Source: a bacterium
GTDB taxonomy: Bacteria > Bacillota > Clostridia > Christensenellales > DTU072
Direction of reading: 5' to 3'
DNA length: 64,000 nucleotides
Assembly (NCBI GenBank): GCA_963644945.1
Contig: CAVIQK010000002.1
Span: 111,326 to 175,325, forward strand
Positions 42,122 through 55,579 of the stretch are shown here, piece by piece. Under the pieces are notes generated by a model. It saw nothing but the letters and a program-made list of their open reading frames with translations. It was not told the DNA's origin and searched no databases. The translations under genes were made by a program, and so were the position numbers. Position 1 is the first letter of the stretch; the number at the start of each line of letters is the position of its first letter.

Positions 42122-43303
42122 ATGCTAAAACTTAATAAAAATTATGAAAAATTAGTTGAAAACTATTTGTTCCATGAAGTGGCAACGAAAGTTTCCGCAT
42201 ATCAAAAAGATAATCCCGATAAACGTGTTATTAAATTAGGTATAGGCGATGTTACGGAGCCTTTGGCGCCTTGTGTGGTTGATGCCTTAAAACGTGCATC
42301 TGAAGAGATGGGCAACCGTGATACCTTCAAAGGTTACGGTGATTACGAAGGCTATTTGTTTTTAAGAGAGGCTATTTCTAATTATTACAAAACAAATATT
42401 GGCGCAAATGTCGAGCCTGATGAAATCTTTGTTTCGGAAGGTGCTAAAAGTGATACGGCCAATTTTCAAGAACTTTTTGATATTAAAAACAATGTAGTTA
42501 TTACGGATCCTGTTTATCCCGTTTATTATGACAGCAATATTATGCAAGGTAGGCGCATAACGACGATTGCAGGAACAAAAGAAAACGGCTTTTGCCCAAT
42601 GCCCGATAAAAAAATAAAAAAATCTTCAATAATATATCTTTGTTCCCCTAACAATCCTACAGGGGCGGCATATACCGAAGATCAACTCGAAGGTTGGGTG
42701 AATTATGCTTTGGCGACAGATTCTATAATATTATTTGACGCTGCCTATGAAGCATTTATCGAAGATCCTAATATACCTCGTTCAATCTTCCAAATTGATG
42801 GTGCCAAAGAGTGTGCTGTAGAATTTTGTTCATTGTCAAAAACTGCAGGCTTTACGGGGACTAGATGCGGTTATACTGTAATTCCCAAAGAGTTGAAAGT
42901 TGGAGATAAATATTTATCTAAAATGTGGCTTAGAAGACAATCGACGAAGTTTAACGGAACTAGTTATATCGTGCAAAGAGGAGCAGAAGCAGTATTTTCA
43001 AACGATGGTATAGAACAAACTCGTGCGTCAATAAAGAAATATAAAGAAAATGCAAAAATCATTACCTCGGTATTTGATGAAATTGGAATTTGGTATGCCG
43101 GTGGCAAAAATAGTCCGTATGTATGGCTAGAATGCAAAATGCCGTCATGGGAATTTTTTGACAAACTTCTAAATAATGCGTCTGTTGTCGGAACACCGGG
43201 AGTAGGATTTGGGAAAATGGGAGAAGGTTTCTTTAGATTGACAAGTTTTAATACTAAAGAAAATACCATAGAGGCTATGGATAGAATCAAAAAATTGTTT
43301 TAA
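42122..43303 (+). CDS. dapL: LL-diaminopimelate aminotransferase
   Basis: LKLNKNYEKLVENYLFHEV..., IKLGIGDVTEPL, SLSKTAGFTGTRCGY (PLP lysine). Confidence 0.88.
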   Translation: MLKLNKNYEKLVENYLFHEVATKVSAYQKDNPDKRVIKLGIGDVTEPLAPCVVDALKRASEEMGNRDTFKGYGDYEGYLFLREAISNYYKTNIGANVEPDEIFVSEGAKSDTANFQELFDIKNNVVITDPVYPVYYDSNIMQGRRITTIAGTKENGFCPMPDKKIKKSSIIYLCSPNNPTGAAYTEDQLEGWVNYALATDSIILFDAAYEAFIEDPNIPRSIFQIDGAKECAVEFCSLSKTAGFTGTRCGYTVIPKELKVGDKYLSKMWLRRQSTKFNGTSYIVQRGAEAVFSNDGIEQTRASIKKYKENAKIITSVFDEIGIWYAGGKNSPYVWLECKMPSWEFFDKLLNNASVVGTPGVGFGKMGEGFFRLTSFNTKENTIEAMDRIKKLF

Positions 43304-43342
43304 TTTGTATCTATGGCTACAAAAACAGATATGTTTTTATTC

Positions 43343-43372
43343 AAAAAAGAGAAGTAAAATTCTCTTTTTTTT
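43343..43372 (+). terminator. intrinsic terminator after dapL (AT-rich)
   Basis: AAAAAAGAGAA-GTAAAA-TTCTCTTTTTTTT. Confidence 0.6.
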
Positions 43373-43377
43373 ATATA

Positions 43378-43406
43378 TTGCAAAATGCATTGTTTTGTGG
43401 TAAAAT
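43378..43406 (+). promoter_or_regulatory. promoter of lacZ
   Basis: TTGCAA (43378-43383), 17 nt ending TGg, TAAAAT (43401-43406) (extended -10). Confidence 0.6.
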
Positions 43407-43428
43407 TAATTATAAATAATTAAAATAG

Positions 43429-46983
<3,555 letters not shown>

Positions 46984-46990
<7 letters not shown>

Positions 46991-48201
46991 GTCTTGTTTT
47001 GGAAGGCGGAGGAGCAAAAGGTGCATTTCAAGCCGGTGCGGTAAAAGCGTTGGTGGACAACGGCTATGTCTTTGACGGAGTTATGGGCACATCAATTGGA
47101 TCTCTAAACGGTGTAATGATCGCTCAAGGAGACTTTGATAAGTGCTATGAACTTTGGGAGAAGATAACACCGTCAATGATTTTGGAGCTCGATGACGATG
47201 CTCTTAACAAATATTTTCAAAAAGAAATGGATTTAAAAACCTATAGGTATTTTATTTCCGTTGCAAAAAACTTTATTGTCAATAAAGGCCTTTCGATTGA
47301 TAAAATTTTGTTGTTACTAAAAGATTCTATCGATGAGGACAGATTGAGAGCATCAAATATCGATTTTGGTTTAGTAACCGTCATGATGAAAGACGGAGAA
47401 TTTATTCCTATAGAGGTATTTAAGGAAGAAATCCCGTATGGAAAAGTAGCCGAGTATGTTATGGCAAGTGCATATTACCCTGCTTTTAGAAATAAGCCTA
47501 TCGGTGGGAAAAGTTACATTGACGGCGGTGTATATGACAACATGCCTATTAACCCGTTGATAAGAAGAGGGTACGATCATATTATTGCAATAAGAACAGG
47601 CAGTACCATGCCCCACCAAAAAGTTGTGGACAGAACCGTAAAAATCGATTATATCAATCCTTCTGAACCTTTAGGTGATACGCTTGCATTCAGCCATTTA
47701 ATAACTGAAAAAAATCTAAAACTTGGATATTATGACGCAATGCGGTATATTAAAAAATATGCCGGCAGACATTTTTATGTTGAAAACGATAACGATGGTG
47801 ATATTGAATTTGACAAATTTATAAGCGGGATACCGAAGTCTGTAGTCGAAGAGGCAAAATCTATTTTTTCGCTACCCGAAGACACCCCCAACTTTGAGGT
47901 GTATAACGTATTTTTGTCGAGATTGTCAAAATATTTTTCAATTTCTACAGAATGTACAAATTTTGAAAGACTTGTTATCGGCATGGAATATTTTGCCAAG
48001 AAATATAAAATTGAGAAATTCCATGTTTATAAATTTGATGAATTCGTAAATGCAATAATCGAAAAACATAACCCTGCTGCGGAAAGAAAATCAGATTTTA
48101 AGAAATTTTTGGATAGATTGTTTGACAGAAAAATCGAGTATTTGTTCAATAAGTATCTCGATATAAAAGCCTTGGAAAAAGAGAAAAATAATAATGAATA
48201 A
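46984..48201 (+). CDS. patatin-like phospholipase family protein
   Basis: GLVLEGGGAKGAF (oxyanion hole), GTSIGS (GxSxG nucleophile), IDGGVYDN (catalytic Asp); ~200-aa C-terminal extension without a recognised domain. Confidence 0.88.
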
Positions 48202-49360
48202 TTTAGACAACGAAGTAGTCGAACAAGAGAAGAGCAATAAAAAAGATTTAATTCTTGGGACTATTAAAAAATATCTAAACAGATGGTTTATTGATGCATT
48301 TACAGGAATGGCTCAAGGTCTTTTTGTTACGCTTATTGCAGGAACAATTCTCGGGCAAATTGCATCATGGGTAGGAGAAAATGCTTTCGGTCAATTGCTA
48401 CTTTCAGTTGCAAATATAGCAAAAGCATTGATGGGAGTAGGCATAGGCGTGGGAATTGCTCATAAACTCGGTGCAAAACCGCTTGTTATGTTTTCTGCTG
48501 GCGTTGCCGGCTTTATCGGTGCATGGTCTAATTATTTCATCGACGGTGTGTTTTTAACTTCTGCTGCAAATATTTTTGTAAAAGGACTCCCCGGAAATCC
48601 TATTGGAGCCTATGTCGTCACATTGTTTTCAACCGAAATTGCATCACTATATGCCGGTAAAACAAAATTAGACATAATATTAGTTCCACTCGGAATATTT
48701 CTTTTTTCACTCGGCGGAATATATTTGGCATGGCCGTTCGTAAAATTTATTGATCTGATAGCCCTAGGTATAGTAAAACTCATCGAACTAGGTAAAACGG
48801 TTACAATTATAGTTGGAATTGTAGTCGCTGTTGTTATGGGGATTTTACTTACAATGCCGACATCTTCGGCAGCCATTTGGATAGCTATCGGCACTTCCGA
48901 TACGGCTTTGGCCTATGCCGACATATTTGCTATCGCCGGTGGTGCCGCAGTTGCGGGATGCGCCGCTCACATGATAGGTTTTGCGGTAGCCTCTTTTAGA
49001 GAAAACAAAATAAGCGGACTGATTTCGCAAGGAATAGGTACTTCAATGTTGCAAATTCCCAATATAATGAAGCATCCGATAATAATGCTTCCCGAGATTA
49101 TTGCAAGTGCTATTTCGGGACTAGTTGCAGTCCTTTTAGAATTACGTTGCACTCCGTCAGGTGGTGGAATGGGAACATCGGGACTAGTTGGAGTATTTGG
49201 TGTGATTGACGCATCTAGCGGAGTGATTAGTACATGGAAAATCGTCCTAGGTATCATTTTGTGTATGTTTGTTATTCCGGCAGTTGTAAGTTTTTTGATA
49301 AGCGAAATCCTGCGAAAGAAGAATATTATTAAATTTGGTGACCAGAGTTTAAGTGAGTAA
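48194..49360 (+). CDS. stand-alone PTS EIIC-like membrane protein (PTS_EIIC_2 / PF13303 type)
   Basis: LNRWFIDAFTGMAQGLFVTLIAGTILG N-terminus and ~10 TM helices match my recollection of that family. No EIIA, EIIB or HPr nearby. Confidence 0.75.
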   Translation: MNNLDNEVVEQEKSNKKDLILGTIKKYLNRWFIDAFTGMAQGLFVTLIAGTILGQIASWVGENAFGQLLLSVANIAKALMGVGIGVGIAHKLGAKPLVMFSAGVAGFIGAWSNYFIDGVFLTSAANIFVKGLPGNPIGAYVVTLFSTEIASLYAGKTKLDIILVPLGIFLFSLGGIYLAWPFVKFIDLIALGIVKLIELGKTVTIIVGIVVAVVMGILLTMPTSSAAIWIAIGTSDTALAYADIFAIAGGAAVAGCAAHMIGFAVASFRENKISGLISQGIGTSMLQIPNIMKHPIIMLPEIIASAISGLVAVLLELRCTPSGGGMGTSGLVGVFGVIDASSGVISTWKIVLGIILCMFVIPAVVSFLISEILRKKNIIKFGDQSLSE

Positions 49361-49361
49361 T

Positions 49362-51899
49362 ATGACAAAAATTTTATTATTGGATAGCAGTAGTCTAATA
49401 TATCGTGCATTTTATGCGATGTCAACCACGAATTTGACCGATGCGGAAGGCAGGCATACAGGTGCCGTATATGGGTATCTAAATATGCTACTTAAGTTGA
49501 TTGCCGATTTGAAACCAACTCACATTATTGCTGCTTTTGATATGAATGCTCCGACATTTAGACATTTGGCTTATGATGGTTATAAGGCAAAAAGAAAACC
49601 TATGCCCGATGAACTTAAAGAGCAACTTCCTATTCTTAGAGAGGTTTTGACATCGATCGGAGTAAAAATAATCGAAAAACAAGGATATGAAGCCGATGAT
49701 ATAATCGGAACAATTGCAAAACATTTTGATGTTGAAACATGTATAATAACAGGTGATAAAGATTCGTTGCAACTTATTGACAATAATACTTTTGTTTATA
49801 GAACGATAAAAGGTGTTACAGATTTGGTGCGATACGACGAAAAAACACTGCTTGAAAAAGAAAATTTTAAGCCTTACCAAATAGTAGAATATAAGGCAAT
49901 TGCAGGGGACATGTCCGACAATATACCGGGATGTCCGGGAATTGGCGATAAAGGTGCAAGAGATTTACTAGAAAAATTTGATAATGTTGAAAACATTTAT
50001 GAAAATATAAGTGATATAAAACCGGCAATTTCAAAAAAACTTATCGATAACAAAAATATAGTAGAAATGTCTAGATGGTTGGCGACCATAAATTGCGACG
50101 TTCCGATAAACATAAATCTTGACGAAAATGTTTTTACGTTTAATTTAGACGAAATATTGGCAACTCTTAAAAAGTATAACTTCAATACAATTATATCTAG
50201 AATAATTAAAGAGTTTGGCGGTGCCTATCAAGAAAAAGAAATAGAAAAAATAGAGATAAAAAATGAGGAAATATCTTTTTTAGAATTAAAAAAGTTGTTA
50301 AAGACCGAAAAAAGAGATATTGCCGTACATTATAATGAGGATATCACCGTTTCGTTTGACGGATTAACCGAGTATAAAGTTGTGATTCCCAAGACCTTAT
50401 TTGATTTTGACAGTGATGGTGATACGAAAGAGGTTGTATCTTATATTTTTTCTTTACCCAACAAAAAGATTTTATTTGATGCAAAGAAGTATTTTTATTT
50501 GTTAAATGGCGAAAATATCGATGATAACAAATTTGAAGACGTTCAAATTATGTCTTATCTTTATAATAGTAGTGAGCCCTGTTTAGAGTTAGAAAGTGTC
50601 GCAAAATCATTTGAACTCAATTGCAACAATGTAGGTGCCGCACTATTAAAAAATATTTACGACAGATTGCTTCCTCTATTGAAAGAGTATAGTCTAGAAG
50701 ATTTATATTTTAATATCGAAAAACCACTTGTAAAAGTCTTGTATTCAATGGAAACCGCAGGACTAAAAGTGAATATTGCTACACTTGAAAAACTAAAAGA
50801 AAAACTTGATTTTGATATAAAAAATCTACAAAACGAGATCTATAAGATAGCAGGATGCGAGTTTAACATTAATAGCCCACAACAAATGAGTAGCCTATTG
50901 TACGATAAACTCGGGATACCGAAAAAATCAAAATCCAAGTCGGTTTCTGCCGATATTTTAGAAACTATAGATCATCCGATTATTCCGTATATTCTTCAAT
51001 ATAGGCACAAACAAAAATTATTGTCAACATATGTGGATGGTTTGAAACCTTTAATTGACAAAAATACAAATATGGTTCATACCTCATTTAATCAATGTTT
51101 GACGGTTACAGGGAGACTTTCATCATCCGATCCCAATCTACAAAATATCCCGGTAAGAGACGAAGAAGGGAGAGAAATAAGAAAAATTTTCGAAGCAAAA
51201 GATCAATCTGTTTTGATTTCGGCAGATTATTCGCAAATTGAATTAAGGTTGCTTGCACATTTTTCTGAAGATGAAAATTTGATAAATGCTTATAAAAACG
51301 GTCATGATATACATAGAGAAACAGCAGCAAGAATTTTGAATATTCCGATTGAAGAAGTGACACCTATCCAACGTAGCCAAGCCAAAGCGGTCAATTTTGG
51401 AATTATTTACGGAATAAGTAGTTTTGGTTTGTCAAAAAATGTTGGCATATCTGTAAGTGAAGCAAAAGCATTCCAAACAAAATATTTTGAAATGTACCCA
51501 AAAGTATATGAATATATGGAAAATAATGTTAAAATCGCTTATGAAAAAGGATATATTTCAACATTGATGGGGAGAATAAGACGCCTTCCCGAATTAAAAT
51601 CTGCCAATTATAATTTGAGAAGTTTTGGAGAGAGATGCGCCAAAAACATGCCTTTACAAGGGACTGCATCAGATATTATAAAAATAGCAATGCTGAAAGT
51701 TTTCAAGGCAATCCAAGATAGAGGACTTAAAGCAAGAGTTATTTTACAAGTCCATGATGAATTAATTGTAGATACGCCACTCAATGAAATCGATGAAGTA
51801 AAGTCTATATTAAAAAATGAGATGGAGTCGGCTGTTTTGCTTTCTGTTCCGCTAATTGTTGAAATAGGCGAAGGAAAAACATGGTATGAAGCAAAATAA
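49362..51899 (+). CDS. polA: DNA polymerase I
   Basis: 5'-nuclease domain (ILLLDSSSLIYRAFYA, GDKDSLQL), Pol A motifs DYSQIELRLLAH, RSQAKAVNFGIIYG, QVHDELIV. GTG 49353 is an alternative start. Confidence 0.96.
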   Translation: MTKILLLDSSSLIYRAFYAMSTTNLTDAEGRHTGAVYGYLNMLLKLIADLKPTHIIAAFDMNAPTFRHLAYDGYKAKRKPMPDELKEQLPILREVLTSIGVKIIEKQGYEADDIIGTIAKHFDVETCIITGDKDSLQLIDNNTFVYRTIKGVTDLVRYDEKTLLEKENFKPYQIVEYKAIAGDMSDNIPGCPGIGDKGARDLLEKFDNVENIYENISDIKPAISKKLIDNKNIVEMSRWLATINCDVPININLDENVFTFNLDEILATLKKYNFNTIISRIIKEFGGAYQEKEIEKIEIKNEEISFLELKKLLKTEKRDIAVHYNEDITVSFDGLTEYKVVIPKTLFDFDSDGDTKEVVSYIFSLPNKKILFDAKKYFYLLNGENIDDNKFEDVQIMSYLYNSSEPCLELESVAKSFELNCNNVGAALLKNIYDRLLPLLKEYSLEDLYFNIEKPLVKVLYSMETAGLKVNIATLEKLKEKLDFDIKNLQNEIYKIAGCEFNINSPQQMSSLLYDKLGIPKKSKSKSVSADILETIDHPIIPYILQYRHKQKLLSTYVDGLKPLIDKNTNMVHTSFNQCLTVTGRLSSSDPNLQNIPVRDEEGREIRKIFEAKDQSVLISADYSQIELRLLAHFSEDENLINAYKNGHDIHRETAARILNIPIEEVTPIQRSQAKAVNFGIIYGISSFGLSKNVGISVSEAKAFQTKYFEMYPKVYEYMENNVKIAYEKGYISTLMGRIRRLPELKSANYNLRSFGERCAKNMPLQGTASDIIKIAMLKVFKAIQDRGLKARVILQVHDELIVDTPLNEIDEVKSILKNEMESAVLLSVPLIVEIGEGKTWYEAK

Positions 51900-52455
51900 G
51901 ATAATTGCAATTACCGGAGGAATCGGTAGCGGTAAATCGGAAATCTTGCGATCAATCAAAGATTTAGGAGGAAAAACCGCATCGGCCGACGAAATAAATA
52001 GAGAATTGCTTACAGATGCCGACTATCTAGACGGATTAAAAAAACTGTTCCCTATGGCGTTTGTCAACGAAAAATTAGACAAACAAAAACTTCGCAATCA
52101 AGTTTTTTCCAATGATGAAAAATTAGAATTACTCAATTCATATTCAAGTTTGGAAATATGGAAGAGAATTGAAAATATTATTGCATCGGCAGATTCTAAT
52201 ACATTTATTGAAATTCCGCTCCTTGCAGAAAGCGATAAAACAGAATTGTTTGACGAAATATGGGTTGTAATCTCAACCGAAGCCGTTTCTCGTGCTGCAA
52301 AGCGAGATGGTGCGACGGTTGAAGATATAGAAAAAATCGCAAAAAAGCAAGCAACCAATGAAAAAAGAAAAAGCATTGCGACAAAAGTTATCTACAATAA
52401 CGGTTCGCTTCAAGAATTACAAGATAAAATTAGAGAATTATTCTTTTCGCTATAA
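51886..52455 (+). CDS. coaE: dephospho-CoA kinase
   Basis: IIAITGGIGSGKSE P-loop; the polA-coaE adjacency is typical. Confidence 0.9.
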   Translation: MKQNKIIAITGGIGSGKSEILRSIKDLGGKTASADEINRELLTDADYLDGLKKLFPMAFVNEKLDKQKLRNQVFSNDEKLELLNSYSSLEIWKRIENIIASADSNTFIEIPLLAESDKTELFDEIWVVISTEAVSRAAKRDGATVEDIEKIAKKQATNEKRKSIATKVIYNNGSLQELQDKIRELFFSL

Positions 52456-53693
52456 TGGAATATAGAGATATTTTACATGCCGATCTCAACAATTTTTATG
52501 CATCGGTAGAAACATTGCTTAATCCCGAATTAAAATTTGTGCCAATGGCGGTATGCGGAGATCCGCAAAAACGGCACGGAATAATTTTAGCCAAAAACTA
52601 TCTGGCAAAAGCCTGTAATGTAAAAACGGGAGAACCGATTTGGCAAGCAAAACAAAAATGTAAAGATCTTGTTTTAGTCCCCACTCATTATGACCAATAT
52701 GTTAAATTTTCTCAAGACGTAAAAAAAATATATGCAGAATTTACTCCCAATGTGGAAAGTTTTGGTTTGGATGAATGCTGGCTTGATGTTACCGATTGTA
52801 AAAGGCTTTGGGGATCGGCGATCGAAATAGCGTATAAAATAAAAGAAAGAGTAAAATCTGAATTAGGTTTGACAATATCTATAGGGGTTTCATTTTCAAA
52901 AACATTTGCAAAACTAGGCAGCGACTTAAAAAAGCCGGATGCTGTTTCGGTAATAGATAGAAACAACTATAAAGATATTGCATGGCCCTTAAATATTGCC
53001 GAACTTTTGAATGTCGGCGGAACCACAAAAACTGTATTGACGGAATTAAATATTCGCACAATTGGTGATTTGGCTGTTGCGGATCCTGAATCGCTTATAT
53101 CAAAACTAGGTAAAGCAGGCGAAAAATTGTGGCAATTTGCAAATGGCGAAAATGACGATCAAGTAGAAAGGATTGATCTAAATCGTGAGCCAAATAGCAT
53201 AGGGCATGGAACAACAACAGAAGTAGATATAAAGACGACAAGGGATGCATATTCTTTGATATGTTCTCTATCAGAAGAAATTGCTTTTAGGCTACGAAAA
53301 CACGAACTTTTGGCTACCGGAGTGGCATTGACTTTTCGAGACAGCGAACTTAAAAATTTCTCAAAACAGGGAAAACTTGATGTTCCTAGTTCTAATGCAT
53401 TGGATATTTCGAGACTTGCAAAAGAATTATTAAACAAATATTACGATTTTTCAAAAAATAAGCCACTCAGAATGATTACGGTTACGGCGATAAAACTAGT
53501 ACACGACGAAAATATCGCTTTACTTGAAGATCTCAACTCTGATAAAAAAGAATTTAATGTCGAGAAAAAAGTCGATGTTTTAAGACAAAAATACGGTTAC
53601 AGTGTTTTGACAAGAGGAATAAATGTAGATACTCCGTTTTCTAGTGATTCAAAAAATATTGACGACGATTTTATTCCTTTTGATAAACGTTAG
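52455..53693 (+). CDS. dinB: DNA polymerase IV (Y-family)
   Basis: ILHADLNNFYASVE, SFGLDECWLDVT, SIGVSFSKTFAKLGSDLKKPD. Confidence 0.93.
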   Translation: MEYRDILHADLNNFYASVETLLNPELKFVPMAVCGDPQKRHGIILAKNYLAKACNVKTGEPIWQAKQKCKDLVLVPTHYDQYVKFSQDVKKIYAEFTPNVESFGLDECWLDVTDCKRLWGSAIEIAYKIKERVKSELGLTISIGVSFSKTFAKLGSDLKKPDAVSVIDRNNYKDIAWPLNIAELLNVGGTTKTVLTELNIRTIGDLAVADPESLISKLGKAGEKLWQFANGENDDQVERIDLNREPNSIGHGTTTEVDIKTTRDAYSLICSLSEEIAFRLRKHELLATGVALTFRDSELKNFSKQGKLDVPSSNALDISRLAKELLNKYYDFSKNKPLRMITVTAIKLVHDENIALLEDLNSDKKEFNVEKKVDVLRQKYGYSVLTRGINVDTPFSSDSKNIDDDFIPFDKR

Positions 53694-54205
53694 AAATCAA
53701 TCAAATTTTGTGGTAATTTTTTAATTGTAAACGAAGTTATAATTCCGATTATTTCTCCGGAAACTCCTCCCATCAAAGCAAGCAGAGGGAGATAGTAGAA
53801 GACAAGCGACGATTTTGTGATTATTGTAGCAACGACGATTTGAATAAAATTATGCATTATTCCGGAAATGGCACTAATACTCGGAAGACCGAGTTTTTTA
53901 ATTTTTACAAAAATTATTGTAATAATATATGATCCCGTAGATGCACAAAGAGAATAGATTATCATTATTGGGTTGGAAAAGAACAACGGCACAATGCAAG
54001 ATTTTGCAATTACAATTATAAGTGCAGGAAAAGGCCCCAAAGTTAGAATTGATAAAAGCACTACAAAATTTGATAGACCTATTCTAAAATTTGGAATAAT
54101 TGGAATAAAAGAAGGAATAAGTGTTTCAATCGTTCCGATTATCAATGCGATTGCAAGATATACAGCCGTAACGGCAATTTGTTTTACATTAAATTTTTTC
54201 ATCAT
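53690..54205 (-). CDS. Gx transporter family / heptaprenyl-diphosphate-synthase-component-I-like membrane protein (PF07456)
   Basis: 171 aa, 5-6 TM. N-terminus QIAVTAVYLAIALIIGTIETLIP...RIGLSNFVVL typical of the family. ATGA overlap with the upstream NusG_II gene. Confidence 0.8.
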   Translation of the reverse strand: MMKKFNVKQIAVTAVYLAIALIIGTIETLIPSFIPIIPNFRIGLSNFVVLLSILTLGPFPALIIVIAKSCIVPLFFSNPIMIIYSLCASTGSYIITIIFVKIKKLGLPSISAISGIMHNFIQIVVATIITKSSLVFYYLPLLALMGGVSGEIIGIITSFTIKKLPQNLIDF

Positions 54206-54591
54206 GCACCTGTAACCGCATCAATATCATTAGAATTTTCAATAATTATTACAATTTTGTTTGGGGCACAAATAATTTCATTGTATTGACCGCTTATTTC
54301 CCCGACTAAAACGCAATTTTGATTTTTGCAAGTGGAATATTTCATATAAACTTTGCCATTTTCAATGACGATTATATTTTTATTTGTGCCGTTTTCAATA
54401 GTTATTTGTTGATTCTTTGATAGAGAATATTGACCGTACAAAACCCCATCCGAATAGATTTTGACAGTGTTACCCGAAGGAAATGTCAAAAAGATTATTG
54501 CAACAATTAGTATTGCGATAATGATTATTATGGGAATTATGTCAACTAAAGTGTAAAGTTTTCGGTTTTTATAATAATCTAATTCACTCAT
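54202..54591 (-). CDS. NusG domain II-containing protein (DUF1312), single N-terminal TM
   Basis: TM anchor followed by IYSDGVLYGQYSLSKNQ...ENGKVYMKYSTCKNQNCV...IICAPNKIVIIIE. ATG 54591 lies 1 nt after the apbE stop; TTG 54603 is an alternative start. Confidence 0.8.
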   Translation of the reverse strand: MSELDYYKNRKLYTLVDIIPIIIIIAILIVAIIFLTFPSGNTVKIYSDGVLYGQYSLSKNQQITIENGTNKNIIVIENGKVYMKYSTCKNQNCVLVGEISGQYNEIICAPNKIVIIIENSNDIDAVTGA

Positions 54592-54592
54592 T

Positions 54593-55579
54593 TTAACATT
54601 CAATTACGGATATATTTCCGATAGTTTTTGTAGTTTTATCTTTATATATTATAAATGCAGAATAATTATTTTCTGATAGAAGTGTCTCGAAATCGGTGAA
54701 ATTTGAAAGAATGCCGACTGTCGCTAAAATATCGCATATAGTGGCACTGGCTCCGACGACAGTGACAGAAACCACATCCGTGTTAGAAGGGTATCCGTCG
54801 GTAGAAATAATATGATTATAATTATTACCGTTGTATGTAAAATATTTTTCATAGGTGCCACTGGTAGCAATTTTTGAGTCGGAAACAGTCATTTTGTATA
54901 GTGGTTCAACATTTTTACTGAAAGGCGATTGAATGCCGATGGTTTTTGATTTTTGTCCGATAGCAATTTCTCCCCCGATGTTTATTAGATAAGAGTCAAG
55001 GCAGAAAGATAGATCTGCACTTTTATCTATTGCATACCCCTTGGCTATTCCGCCAAGTTCGATTTTTGCATCATCGTATTTTTTTGAAATGGTAAGGTTT
55101 TCTTTATCCAAAACAAAAGCATCCATGTTGGAATAGTATAACCTTTCGCTAATAGATTGAATAGTAGGAATAGTAGATTTTGTTTCTAAAATATGCTCGG
55201 AATCTAGCCCCCACAACAAAGTAATAGGGTATATCGCAGGGTTGAATAATCCGTTGGTTTTCTCATACCAAATTTGCGAAAGTTCGATTAATTCGAAAAC
55301 TTCTTTAGAAATTTTTGTTTTCTCACCGGCTTTTGATTGATTGATTTTGTCAATATAGGAATCTTTAATCGTTGCAGAAAAATCATTTTCCATTTGGCTG
55401 AATGTGTCAAGAATTTCGTTCGAAATAGATTTTGATGATTTTCCGTCTAAATTGAGAGTTAAATTTGTTCCGAAAACAATTTCTCCCTCAACGGTTGTAT
55501 GAGACGCACAAGAAGAAAAAATCACCATAATAAAAACTATGGTGATAATAATTGACAAAAATTTTATTATGTATTTCAT
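54593..55579 (-). CDS. apbE: FAD:protein FMN transferase ApbE (lipoprotein)
   Basis: ATG 55579 gives MKYIIKFLSIIITIVFIMVIFSSC (lipobox-like). GGIAKGYAIDK, ATSGTYEKYF, NHIISTDGYP motifs. Confidence 0.9.
   Translation of the reverse strand: MKYIIKFLSIIITIVFIMVIFSSCASHTTVEGEIVFGTNLTLNLDGKSSKSISNEILDTFSQMENDFSATIKDSYIDKINQSKAGEKTKISKEVFELIELSQIWYEKTNGLFNPAIYPITLLWGLDSEHILETKSTIPTIQSISERLYYSNMDAFVLDKENLTISKKYDDAKIELGGIAKGYAIDKSADLSFCLDSYLINIGGEIAIGQKSKTIGIQSPFSKNVEPLYKMTVSDSKIATSGTYEKYFTYNGNNYNHIISTDGYPSNTDVVSVTVVGASATICDILATVGILSNFTDFETLLSENNYSAFIIYKDKTTKTIGNISVIEC

Noticed and set aside
43381-43397. cre (CcpA) or LacI-type operator at the lacZ promoter.
   Set aside because: The near-palindrome lacks the central CG and the TGNAANCGNTTNCA pattern of cre/LacI-family sites. 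It is kept only as an unexplained palindrome in the lacZ finding.
54199-54204. Possibility that the TGA ending the NusG_II gene is read through or recoded to complete the flavinylation motif.
   Set aside because: A second in-frame TGA follows immediately, no SECIS-like hairpin is visible, and TGA is used as an ordinary stop elsewhere in the window (for example comM, dprA, trmD).
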